64,000 nucleotides of DNA from Lama glama (taxonomy: Eukaryota), in contig CM052817.1 of the NCBI GenBank assembly GCA_028534125.1, forward strand, positions 107,882,001-107,946,000, read 5' to 3'. This document shows, piece by piece, positions 52,330 to 64,000 of the stretch. How positions within the stretch are numbered: position 1 is the first letter of the stretch; every line of letters starts with the position of its first letter. Position numbers and translations under genes: made by a program. The notes below the pieces were generated by a model, which was not told where the DNA came from, searched no databases, and saw nothing but the letters and a program-made list of their open reading frames with translations.

Positions 52330-52870
52330 AACAAATATCCAATGTCAATAGACAGATGACTGGATAAAGAAGTTACAGTATATTTGTACAATGGAATATT
52401 ACTCAGCCATAGAAAAGTAATAAAATAATGCCATTTGTAGCAACATGGATGGACCTGGAGATTATCGGACTGAATGCAGTAAGTCAGAGAAAGTAAGACA
52501 GAGAAAGACAAATATCAAACAATATCACTTGTATGTAGAATCTAAAACAATGAACTTTTTTACAAAACAGAAATATACAAACATAGAAAACAAATTTATG
52601 ATTATCGAAGAGAAAAGGCAGGGTGGAGAGATAAATTAGCAGTTCAGGATTAGCAGATACAAACTACTATATATAAAAAAGATAAACAACAAGGACCTAC
52701 TGTACAGCACAGGGAACTACACTCAGTTTATTGTAATAACCTATAATGAAAAAGAATATGAAAAATAATATATATGTAAGTAAAACTGAATCACTATGCT
52801 GTACACCAGAAACTAACACAACATTGTAAACCAACACTTCTTCAATGAAAAATAAATAAATAAAAAATAG
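52330..52870 (+). mobile_element. 5'-truncated L1 3' end
   Basis: 'acagatgactggataaagaag...atggatggacctggagattatc...tgtacaccagaaactaacacaacattgtaaa' followed by an (AAAT)n tail. Confidence 0.9.
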
Positions 52871-54178
52871 AGAATGATCATAAACTAAAGAGAAAAAAAA
52901 GATACTTTAAATATGTGACAATACGTGTAAGATTATTATATCACCTCATTATATCATAAAACCTGGTCAAACTCTAAGGCTGTGCTTCTGTGATATGTCA
53001 CATTGTAATCTATGTATATTCCCACTTTTCTCATTATTTTCGTAAGCTAAAATCAGGTTGAAAGGTAATAACTGGAACACACTGGATTAGGAAAATTCAT
53101 TACAAAAGAGGAGCTTAAAATTTAAGGCTAGTCATAGAGAATTTTTTTTAAATATGTGACTATATAAATAGTGATGATTAAGATGATAACCTTTCCATAT
53201 GACATCCGTGAAAACAGTTTTCATCGTTTTATGTCTCTTACTATTTAGCACCAGCTGTTGGAATACCTGTGTGTTTTTCCCAGCCATGACGATTACGGAA
53301 CATTCTAGAAGTACCAGGCTTGAGGCAAATATGTGCTTAGTCCTGACTTAGGAAGAGCTGCGTTCCCCCTGGTCTGGGCTGGTGAAGCTGACTTCAGTCC
53401 CTCTTTCCTTGCCTCCCTTATAAACGTCCATGGCTCTCTGTGAAGGTCTAAGGGAGGAACCCCATCTCCACCAGCGGATGAGGGCCGGTCTCTAGTCTGC
53501 AGTTGATCAGATCTTCCCTGGAGCAGCAGAAGCAGCCAGCCCGGAGCACGGACACATGGTATGCAGTTTGTGGAAATGGTCCAAGTACTCCCCTGCGTGT
53601 GTAATTTATGTTTTAAATGATGAAGACGTTCAGCAGAGGGAGTAGGAGAAAGTACAGAGACGTATTTGAGACGATGATTGGATTTAGAGTGTTTATTACA
53701 TGGAAACATTTAATAATCTATTTCCCCAAATTGCTGAATTTGATTTAGAAGCATTAAGTCAGATGTAAACTTTGAAAATAGCAGAAGAGTGGTTACTCCT
53801 GGAGATTTAAAATTAGGTCTGAATGATGCCTGGGCAACCCGGCAAACAGCACAGTGACGCTGTATCGAGATGCTTAGAACATGATAAGCTGTATCAATTC
53901 ATTTCACAGGGAAAAGAAAGCACCTTTCTCTGAATTCAACTAATCGTTCAGGGTCATCTTTGTCCACCACGTCCTCTAGCTGAAACCATTTTTGTTCTGG
54001 GTGGCTGTGACCAAGCGTGTTTCAGTGAGTGGGTAACATGTGTCTCTGTGAGTTTCCTTCTGAATCCTCACAGGTGAGCAAGGCTCTTCCGATGCCACAC
54101 TTAGTTATCTCATCTAGATCTGCCATTCCACTACCCCCTCAAACCCCAAGAGATCAAAGAGGAATCGGTTCCTCTCTA

Positions 54179-54730
54179 TGAAGGATGCAGAGAAAGGTAG
54201 AAACACCAGATGCAGGTGGTATGTTACGATGACATTTGAAAAATGCATAACAGTGTTAACTTGCACCATAGCCCTCTGAATGTGGGGACCAGGGAGGGGT
54301 AAGAAATCCTGCCAGCATTTCGTATCATAAGGAACAGCGTCCTACAAACAACAGTTCTTCTCCACATAATTCGGATAAAACTCAAGGGTGGCTGTTGTCA
54401 ACCTTAGACTCCCAATTCCTGTTTTCTGCCTCATATACAATTAGATGAACTGCCGTCCCCGCTGATCCTTTAGAACAAAATGCGTATTAACTCAACTACC
54501 CTAAGGCCCCAGGCTCTCTGCCCAGGGGCCTGTGTCCTGCTGTGATGCTTGCCCAGTGGACGCTCAAGCTTTCTCTCTCCTGAAATAGTTATCTGCCCTG
54601 TTGCCAGAACCCCTTTTTCCCCCACCTTACAACTGTCCTTTCAAATTAAGCCTCCCTTGACTCAGTCCAGATATGGTCTTTATGTGATATATGATTAGTT
54701 TCCAGGCCTGTGGTTAGAGGCCAGCCATTT
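54179..54730 (+). mobile_element. Possible old ERV solo LTR
   Basis: Starts TGAAGGA with LTR-like composition. Family and right boundary not recognised. Confidence 0.25.
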
Positions 54731-55117
54731 ATTGATTTATGTATTTCAAAGGGAAAGTCCTGATTCACTACATCTTAATATAAAGGGCTTTCTGAGAGCA
54801 TTTATGGTTTGTTAAATTCCTCATTTTCCCTCCCTGCAGGAGGTTTAAGAGGTGAATTAGACGAATTGTCGATTGTGTCGCAGTCATTTTCCTTATCTTG
54901 TAGTAATGCTATCATCTGGACAATGTGAATATTTCCATTTCTCATCTGCGATCATTAGAAATACAACCAATGTTGTCTCTGGCCCCCTGACAATTCTCCA
55001 GGATACTTCATTGCCTTCAAGGGAAGGGGGAACTTCATAGAAGAGATTGCAGTGGAATAAAGAAGTTTTAAAAGTAATGGCTTTGATTCCATGGCGACTT
55101 GATTGTTTTTAGAGTAA

Positions 55118-55815
55118 TTTTATTATTTTCTTATTGAAGTAGAGCTGATTTACAATGTTGTGTTAGTTTTAGGTGTACAAATTTATATATGTGTGTATGT
55201 GTGTGTGTGTGTGTATACATATACAGATTATTTTCCAAAATAGGCTATTACAAGATATTGAATATAGTTCCCTGTGCTGTACAGTAGAACCTTGTTGTTT
55301 ATCTATTTTATATTTAGTAGTGCATATGTGTTAATCCCAAATTCCTAATTTATCCCTTCCCTACTTCCCTTTCCCCTATGGTAACCATGAGTTTGTTTCC
55401 TATGTCTGTGAGTCTCTTTCTGTTCTGTAAATAAGTTTATTTGTGTCACTTTTTAGATTCCACATACAAGATATTTGTCTTTCTCTATCTGATCTGCTTC
55501 ACTTAGTGTGATATTCTGTAGGTCCATTTAGGTTGCTGCAAATGGTATTATTTTATTTTATATTATTATTTTATATGGATATATATTATCCATATATATA
55601 TATATATATATATATATGGAGGTAGGTATATATAAATATATATATATACACACACATACCACATCTTCTTTATCTGCTCATCTGTCAACAGACATTTAGG
55701 TTGCTTCCATGACTTGGCAATTGTAAATAGCGCTGCTGTGAACATTGGGGTGCATGGATTTTTTCAAGTTAGAGTTTTCCCTGGATATATACCTCAGAGT
55801 GGAATTGCTGGCTCA
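55118..55815 (-). mobile_element. 5'-truncated L1 3' end with internal (TG)n and (TA)n expansions
   Basis: 'ttattgaagtagagctgatttacaatgttgtg...gacatttaggttgcttccat...gagtggaattgctgg'. Confidence 0.9.
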
Positions 55816-56844
55816 GTAGATTATTCTTATGCACTCAAGTTAGTAAACCACTGACAGACCATCACAGCACTAATAGAATATTAGAGAGGCAAAGAAACAT
55901 ATAATATGCTTTACACAGTCTGATGAAATGCATCGATCCTCTCCAGAACAATGAACACAGGAACCTCCAGACAATTTCCTGTGCAATGCTGGGACATGCA
56001 GAGCTCTCTTCAAGGCTGGAGCCCACATAGAGTTTCTTAACAAAAGATTCATTGTTCGCACTAAAGATGCTTGTTTTAGTCTATCTTGCGTTTATCTTAT
56101 CGATGAGAAAACTGTATCCTAGAGCGTTAATATTTTGACTGCGATCACACAGACCTCACATATTTTCAGTTTTCTACAATTTAAAAGCCAAATTTAACTA
56201 GGTTCTGGGCAAAGTGATTTTCAAATAATTCAGTCTAAGGTAATTTTGTCTCTAATGCAGACATAAAAGTCACAGTCGGTTCACTCAGTATGTGAATTCA
56301 ATTTGAGAATAAATTAGCTTTTCCTAGACATTATTCTTGTTTATGGAGCTACTTACTTCTGCCTTTGAAGCCATTGGAATCGATGCTGGTAGTTATGTGG
56401 CATTTTAATGTCAATACAAAATGCATTGACTCACTGATGAAAACTTTATTTTCTATCCTGGGGGTGGTAGGAGTTAACCTGTATCATGCTAAAATAAGGT
56501 TTCTGGAAAGCAAAAACGGGAATTATCATTCTAGGCATTTTTATAATCATAACTTTTGTCCCATCATCCTCTAATAAGCCATGCCTCTTATTTTTCTCTC
56601 TTTACAGAATTAATTTTATTGAGAGCATTTTTGCTTTTTGAAATGTATTGGCGAATATCCTTTTAGTCACATTAATGAAACTGGGTTATAAAATGCCAGG
56701 AGGAAGAACAAATGTGGAGTGATACAAATCAGGAAATTGTGTGAACAGATATGGAATCCTTTCAAGGGGGGAAGGCCAGTGGGGGGGCACGCCAGGGAGT
56801 CACAGACAGCACTGGATAGTTTCTGATGGGAAGAAGGAAAGGGG

Positions 56845-57030
56845 GAGAGACAGACAGAGACCAACAGAGAGAGAAATGGAGACAGAGACAGAGATACAGA
56901 GAGAAACAGAGCCAGTGAAATAGAGACAGAGACAGAAGGAGACAGATATACAGAGGGAGGCAGAGCCAGAGAGACAGAGAGAGACAGAGACGGACAGAGA
57001 GACAGAGAGAAACAGGAGACAGAGAAGAGA
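56845..57030. repeat. Degenerate (GAGACA)n purine-rich repeat
   Basis: Directly visible; it produces the low-complexity S/L/V/C ORFs on the minus strand. Confidence 0.9.
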
Positions 57031-57569
57031 AAAAGCAAACTGGACCAACAGAGCACAGCACAAAGTAGGCGTTTCAGTCTCGCACTGCACTCAGCTTCTT
57101 CCATCATCACTTGGTTGGGAGATCCTCAGAAGCCCGAATTTTCCCATCAATTACTTTAAATTATGTTCCAAATTTAAATCGCCCTAAAGATTGGTAGTAA
57201 CTGTGTACACCTGTGCTGCCCTGTCGGCTCTTCTTCTCTGAGGTCCTCTACAAGCATTTACAGCTCTAATGAGGCTGCTTATGTGCAACTGATCCCTACA
57301 GGGACCCACTGCTGCATTTCATCCAATTTCAGTTATTTTCAGTTACTTCTGAAGATGTCCTTTGAAATAAAGTATGTGAAGCTGCTTATGATCGGTTATG
57401 ACTTGGGAGAGAGGGAGAAGGTATTGAAAGATGGGGGGTCAATAACCATACCGCTCCCTGCCTTCAAGATTTCACACTTACTGTTGCCCACGCTGTGTTC
57501 TTCCCCTCGACTGGTCCCCTCCAGTCAGTGTTCCAGAACAAAGTTGGGGTGTGAGTTCCAAGTCAAGGA

Positions 57570-57760
57570 CATCTAAGTCATTGCTTTTCTCTTCAACTTC
57601 CTTGACCCTGGATCGTGGGCAAGTTGGCTTCTCTGTGCCTGAGTGTAGTTCCCTATTAAACAGAGGAAAAGTTAGACCTTCTACCCTATGTGCCCATTTT
57701 GAGGGTGCAATGCAATAAGAGAGGTCAGAAAAGCTTTGTATTTTAAAAATGGAGATACAA
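57570..57760 (+). mobile_element. MIR SINE fragment
   Basis: 'gggcaagttggcttctctgtgcctgagtgtagttccctattaaa'. Confidence 0.55.
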
Positions 57761-57807
57761 ACGTATTCTGAAATCCAAGCATACTTGGGGTCTTCTAAGA
57801 TGTTCAG

Positions 57808-58137
57808 TGTAAAAAATTAATAGACAGGGACCTCAATTAAGTAGAGTCGGGAGATCCGAGGGGGAGCTCTCACACTCTGGGAGGACAATGGTGCCCAACA
57901 GGAAGAACAAAGAGCCCTCTTCTTTCCTGGCAAGGACTCAGCCAATGAAAAGTCATGGGCTCCATGTCTGAGTTGACAACAGCCGTCCTGACTACGAAAG
58001 TGTTCTCCTCCTGCTACGAGGGGACTTGCACAAGGGTCACCATCGTCGCAGACCCTGAATTGCAGCTCTCTGCTGATCTCAAATAAACCCACCTTGGCTG
58101 GAGAAACATCTGGCAGTCGATTTGTTTCAGGTCAATA
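57808..58137 (+). mobile_element. ERV1 solo LTR, MER110-like
   Basis: Starts TGTAAAAA and contains CCAAT and AATAAA. Ends 'ggagaaacatctggcagtcgatttgtttcaggtcaata'. Near-TSD tcag/taag. Confidence 0.6.
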
Positions 58138-60073
58138 TAAGTATTTCCGTCCCTTTTGCTGAGGACATAGAACCTCTTTCTCCATAAGATCAAAGCTGTG
58201 GATTTGGATTTGTGTTGTCTTTGTCTCCCTCTTCCGTGTTCACTCTGATCAGCAAATGTCCTTCTTGGGGCTGGTGATCAGGGAGATTTCATCCCCGTTA
58301 CTTCTGTGCTGGGACTGCCATGTCGTTCTTTCAAACAGCTGTTTTGATTCTTTTTAAAAAATGTCCTCAGTTCCCCCTTTTGAGATAATAAAACTTCGTA
58401 ATCTCTTCCTGGTGGTCTTACCTCATTGAACTTGTGTTCTAATTGTATCGTCTTTTGTTATTTGCCTCTGATCCCTCCATTATGTTTTCTTCCAAAATAA
58501 ACTCTGTTTTGCAGATAACAAAGTATTCCGTTTCCCTCTTTTTGGGTACTCTCTTTTGGCTTTCTCTTTTCTGCCATTTCTCTTTCTCTACCATCAGTTC
58601 GTCTCTCCTTCCTTCCTTATGAGCTTCACATGGTACCTTATCACAGGTACCATGATGCTGTCTGAACCACTCACCCTTTGCTCCTATTCATGGGACCCAG
58701 CCCACTTACTTTCTCTGTATTGAAAGCCATTTCCCTTTGCATCAAGTAACTCCCCACTTACGTAACTGGAACCATCTGTCCTCCCTCTGAGCTCCAGGTG
58801 GAGGGGGCTTTTGTCCCGTGTTTGCAGTCAGTGTAGCATGGGAGAATTTCCACTGGGTCTTGTATTCTTTCTTCTAAGATTCTGGCAAATATCCTCTCCC
58901 AGAATTTAAGACATCTCTTTTTATGAAGAGAATAAATTTTGGGCTTCTAATCATTAGTACATTTCTGTAAGGACGCTGGAAAATGTCATAATGTGACATG
59001 CTGTGCTTCTGCTGAAATCCTCTTACGTGAAGCCACCTACACTATTCTCCCATCTGTCTGTCTAAGTATCTGTCTATCCATCTGTCAATTTTTTTCATTT
59101 TTGTCCAAAGTGCCTATTTTTTCCCTTAATCTACTTTTTTCCAAATTTGAGTATGATCATGGAAATTCTCAAAGCTGTGTCCCTCAGTTACACATCTTTT
59201 TTCTTGGTGTTAATTCTGACAGAGGTACTTTTGTGCATTTGTATGTATGTGTGTATATGAGTGTGTATTAGGGGCATGGTATGGAGGCTGGCTTAGGGTA
59301 TCAAAATCTTTATTTTTTTTTTTTTGAAATGAGGTTGTATCCTTTCCTTCTTGCTTATCACTATGATTTCCCCTTTTTATGATTTGTTGCTTTATATTCA
59401 TTTTATGAGGCATTGGGAGCAATGATTCTGATCTGACTTCTCTCCACTGTCTTTCTTACTCTCCAGTATGTTTCTCAGACTTTTGTATATGAACCCAATG
59501 ATGACAGGAATGAAATCTGTATTCCTTTTATGACTTCCCTAGTAGAATACTCTGGCTTCCCCCGACCCCACATAGAGCTCTCTAGCTATAGAAATGGGAA
59601 AGTTAGCATTATACCCATAGGGTTTTTTTTTTTGGTGATTATCCAATCATTTCATACTCTCCTTTTTAGCACCATGGTAATCTATTCCACAAAGGCAGAA
59701 GCTCTGAGATTGGCAGGGACTCAGTAAGGAATATCCTCCAGCATCCTGAAATATAAACTAGGTGAAAACTGAATACAAAGATGAGGAAATGAGACTATCT
59801 TCTCCTTTATAATTGGGAGACATGAATTATTAAGACCTCAGCTGAGACAGAAAGACAAACTAAGTCCTTTCAGTATATCAGGCATTTTCTTTCTTTCATT
59901 TATTAATCTGACTAGTGCAGAACCAAAACCATGTAGATAAATAGATAAAAAAAAAAAAGACAGTCTAGAAAGAGTGATCCTTGGGCATCTGGAATCTGTT
60001 TCCATGCCACGCTTTATCTGTAGTATGACTTAAGGTCAAGTGAACCAAACTAACATTTAAAGTAAATGGTAGG

Positions 60074-60227
60074 AAATAGATACACGGTCTTGTGGTGGCT
60101 CACAGTGAAAAAGAATGCGACAATGATTATATGTAAGTTCATGTTTAACTGAAAAATTGTGCTCTACACTGGAAATTGATACAATATTGTAAACTGACTG
60201 TAACTCAATAAAAACTTTTTTAAAAAT
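60074..60227 (+). mobile_element. Very short 5'-truncated young L1 with TSD
   Basis: Same 3' UTR type as 51150-51558; flanked by aaag(t/g)aaatggtagg on both sides. Confidence 0.85.
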
Positions 60228-60242
60228 AAAGGAAATGGTAGG

Positions 60243-60780
60243 CTTTCAACTTTTCACCACTATAATGCTGGCTGTGGGTTTGTCATAAATAGCTTTTATT
60301 ATGTTGAGATATGTTCCCTCTATATCCACTTTGGTTAGAGTTTTATCATAAATGGGTGTTGAATTTTATCAAATGTTTTTCTTGAACCTATTGAGATGAT
60401 CACATGGTTTTTGACCTTTTTCTTGTTAATGTGGTGTATCGCATTGATTGATTTGCGTGTGTTGAACCATCCTTGTGTCTCTGGGATGGACCCAACTTGG
60501 TCACGGTGTGTGACCTTTTTTATGTGTTGTTGGATTCTGTTTACTGATATTTTGTTAAGGAGTTTTGCGTATATGTTCATCAATGATATTGGCCTATAGA
60601 CTTCTTTTTTTGTAGTGTCTTTGTCTGGCTTTGGTATCAGGGTGATGTTGGCTTCACGGACTGAGTTTGGGAAGGTTCTCTACTTGTCAATCTTTTGGAA
60701 GAGTTGGAGAAGGACCAGTGTGAGCTCTCCTCTGTATGTTCGACAGAACCCCTAGTGAAGCCATCTGGTCCTGGACTTTC
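60243..60780 (-). mobile_element. Internal L1 ORF2 (reverse transcriptase) fragment
   Basis: Minus-strand ORFs give SPGPDGFT and [54 protein letters not shown], which is classic L1 ORF2; frameshifted. Confidence 0.92.
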
Positions 60781-61899
60781 GGAATGGTTTGTAGCTGTAG
60801 GGCTTATATTTACCTTCAGACATGATCGCTTTTGATTCACTAAGAAATGTTAACTCCATAGGAGAAAAATGTCATTTCTTCAAACAAAACTTCTTTGCAG
60901 GTTTTTTTTTAAAAAAGTGTGATGTTATCAAATGCTGTAAAATAATAAACTTTCATTTATTATACATTCTTTCTCCTCTGCAGAACAGTAGACTGGCATG
61001 ATGGTTGAATAATGGAGCCACAGCAGATGTGTTCAATGTCATTCTCTGAAAAATGGCTATGTGGTGGAGAATAACACTTCACTCTCCAAAAATACGATTG
61101 GGGAGGGGCAGTGTTTTACCCAGAGGGCAATTAAGCAGCAAGAATGATTCTCAAGTGATTATTTTTTTCTACTTAAATGAACCCTTTAATACTGTTTACC
61201 AAATCCACTTATTGATAAAATCTCTGAAGCATCATTCCACTTTGTGCTATAGTTCAACCTTAGATTTTTTCAATATGCTATAATGCATACATAGAGGGGC
61301 AATTCACATCCCCGGGTAACAGCTGACTGGGAAGGCTGCCTCCTTGGCAGATAATAGTATTTATGGCAGCAAAAAGATTAAAAATGGAAGAAATTGATTT
61401 TAACAATACTTTCAAGCATTCAAAATACTGAGGAAGGGGAGATTTTGTTGTTGCTGTTACCTCGATTTCATTCCCGTTGTCAACCAATTTTTTACGTGCA
61501 GACTTTGAACGTTTATTAAACTTTCTTTTTGTCTAAAAGTAAGACAAAATATAATTCGCCTATTTATACAATTAAGCTGAAAATATTTTCCTTCCTAATA
61601 AAAATAATGCATTTCATTTTAGATGCATCTTTGAGGAAAACAAGGCCTTAAAAGAGCAATTTTATGGAGTATTTGAAGAAATGGCATGTTGAGAAAGGTT
61701 AATTCGTTACTTCTTGAGAGTGTTTTCCTTGTGTAAGGCTACAAGCTGTTTAGAAGGCTATCCAGCAGTGTGTTATTGATCTGCAAACTTTCATTTCTTA
61801 TTTATTTTATATATTGTAATATGTACATATATGAGGCCATCCTGTCTAACCTTTTAAAACTTTATCCTCACTGCTGTTGTCATTAACCACATGCAGAAT

Positions 61900-62645
61900 G
61901 CTGATTATGCGGTGATGTGCCAGGCAGGCACTACACTGAGGAGCCTGCGACTGGCAGCGCATTTGCTCGCTGTGACGGTCAGAGGACCTGGGTTTTACCA
62001 CTGCTGTCTAAATCCGACCTGCACAACCAAGCCCAGAAAAGTGAAGCTCCTTGCGTGGTGGCGCGGGAACCTCCAGAAAGCAGAGCCTGGGACACGGGCT
62101 CGTGCGCCCGTCGTTTGTGAAGGAAGCGAACCTAGGAAGCAAGAGCCGGGCTGAGGCGAGGGAGACAAAAAGGGGCTCCGGAGCGAGGGTGCGGCACTGA
62201 GCCGCGGGCCCCCGCGGGCTTCCCACGCGGATGCGCCAGGACCCTGCGCGGAGCTGGCCGCCGGAGGGTCCAGGGGAGGACTGATTGGTCCACACGCCCT
62301 GTTCTCCGTTCCTTGAGGTCTGGCCCTTAGGACATCAGCGCTGCACACGCGCGTGGCGCTTGCACGTGGATCCAGCTGCCTTTCCCAGGGTCCCGTCCTC
62401 CCCATTGGAGAGCCCGACACGGTGCGCACTTCACTGTGGTCACCAGGAGAGTGAGGTCAGAGCCGCCCACTCCCGCGGGGGGTCAGAGCTCGGGGTCAGC
62501 GCGGAAGGGACGTTCGGGGTCCATCCCTGCTTCTCTGGGGCCCACTCCTCACGTGCTCGAGTGACGCGCTCGCACGGATGCTGATGCGGGAGGCCAGCGG
62601 GAGGACCGCTTGTCCCCGCGACTCCTGCTGGTCCAGGGCCACACC
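61900..62645. other. CpG-island-like GC-rich patch overlying MIR-family remnants
   Basis: Dense CpG/CGCG. MIR-like skeleton at about 61900-62110 and MIR3-like skeleton at about 62490-62640. CCAAT (reverse) and CACGTG motifs present. Confidence 0.65.
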
Positions 62646-62669
62646 TAGTATTCCCGCTCCTGTTTATTG

Positions 62670-63095
62670 TCATCTATTATACTGTAATATTAATATATTA
62701 TGATATAACGTACTCTATATACAATACATAGTAGTTATATACTATGTATTATGCATAATGTATAGTATATGAAATTATTTTATAAGTATTAATTATTATA
62801 AAATGCATTATTATACACAATTCATTATTACATTATATAACTATAATATTGTAATTATATTATATGATTATTTAATTTTTAATTATTTATTTCATAAATA
62901 AAATAATATAAATGTTATTATATCATAATTACATTAATATACAATTATAATAAATTATTGTATAATGCATTATATATTAAATATGTAGTATTCATATTTT
63001 ATGTACTATGTATAATGCATAATATTTATAATTTATATATGAATTATAATATCATAATTTATAATATTTGTAATGTTAATTAATTTATTATTTTT
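62670..63095. repeat. AT-rich low-complexity tract
   Basis: Almost entirely A/T (tattata/ataat motifs) over about 420 bp. Confidence 0.9.
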
Positions 63096-63892
63096 TTAAA
63101 TTTTTTTCTTTTTTTAGTGGTAGGAGGTAATCAAATTTATTTATTTGCTGGGAAACAAGCCACATCTAAATTTCCATGAGCTTAAAATATGATATTCGTG
63201 CTTGCTTAAAATGCACATGCTTGCTTTGTTTTGATGTTTTATGCAGTAGATGACCTATAGCACGTATTATACTAAAGAAAATTTGTGAGGGGCAATCCTG
63301 AGATTGACCATAAGAGCACAAAGCAGGGCAGAGATTTCCTTAGGGTGAAACAGTGGATGGTCCTGGAAAGCCAGATCATCCATTAACAGAACTTTGTTCT
63401 GGCTTGAAAGCATGCAGTTTAACCCAGGGGAAGTATTTGCTATCTCGAGATGTCCCGGAGGCAGTAACAGGATAGACTTAGAAATTTTGCATCCCCCGAG
63501 GAGGGTGATTGTTCCTGCAAGGGATAGGCCTGAAATTAATCAGTTAACCAGCAAGCAGAACTTCATGCTTATCACATGGAATGTCTAAAGCCCCACCACT
63601 TTGATCACATCTTTTTCTGAGCCGTGTACTCCTAATAAATATGATGTCGACCAGGCGTTCGGGACTCTGGATCCACGATATCTTGAGTCCCCTGGTCCCA
63701 TCTTTGCTCTTTACTTTGTCTCTTTGTTTCTTAAGTCTTGCGTCGCCCGTCCTCAGACACGGTCCTGAGCTGCACTGGATGCAGCATTTGTGTATTTTAA
63801 TTGTCTTTTTTTTCAAACAGAGGTACTGGGGATTAAACCCAGGACCTCATGTATGCTATGCATGCACTCTGCCACTGAGCTCTACCCCCCCC
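63096..63892 (-). mobile_element. Camelid SINE split by an LTR insertion (tail about 63096-63145, head 63787-63892)
   Basis: Tail motif 'ggaggtaatcaaatttatttatt' lies left of the LTR. Head 'gaggtactggggattaaacccaggacctc...ccactgagctctacccccc' lies right of it. Compare the intact SINE at 26129-26270. Confidence 0.8.
63146..63786 (+). mobile_element. Solo LTR, ERVK/class II-like (copy 2)
   Basis: Colinear with 45419-46098 along its full length, with the same TGCTGGGAAAC...CAGCA termini and an intact AATAAA near 63634. Confidence 0.9.
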
Positions 63893-64000
63893 ATTATTAT
63901 CATTATTTTAAATTAAATTCCCTCTCCTAATTTCCCTCTTCTTTTACCACTCATTCTATTTCCCTCACATTTGGGCATCAGGTCAGCGGTGCTGATGTTT

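Noticed and set aside
60335..60840. Functional reverse transcriptase gene
   Set aside because: It is a short, frameshifted L1 ORF2 fragment without the rest of the domain.
60960..61070. Splice-acceptor-like ttctttctcctctgcag
   Set aside because: No convincing reading frame or donor follows, and such motifs occur often by chance.
45419..63786. A full provirus bounded by the two matching LTRs
   Set aside because: Copy 1 has its own perfect TSD, no primer-binding site follows it, and the interval contains L1s, SINEs and unique DNA with no gag/pol/env.

Overview
Mammalian non-coding DNA (intergenic or deep intronic), most likely from a camelid, inferred from several tRNA-derived SINEs of the camelid vic-1 type and cetartiodactyl-type L1 3' ends. 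I find no credible protein-coding gene, tRNA, rRNA or CRISPR array. The listed ORFs are chance ORFs, simple repeats, N-runs or degraded L1 ORF2 pieces. Much of the window is a layered transposon record: ancient L2, MIR, MER DNA transposons and MLT1 LTRs, old L1M fragments, younger 5'-truncated L1s (two with twin-priming 5' inversions), SINEs and several solo LTRs, including two copies of one ERVK-like LTR. A 500-N scaffold gap lies at 51559-52058. The most unusual signals are (i) focal GC/CpG-rich patches that overwrite ancient repeats (about 50.1-50.8 kb and 61.9-62.65 kb), suggesting GC-biased gene conversion or germline hypomethylation, and (ii) an orphan promoter-like CpG patch built on a 4 x 19-bp GC-box tandem repeat at 26.6 kb. 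I cannot support a novel biological system from sequence alone. Repeat family names are recognised by eye from remembered consensus sequences, and most boundaries are approximate unless a target-site duplication (TSD) is quoted.
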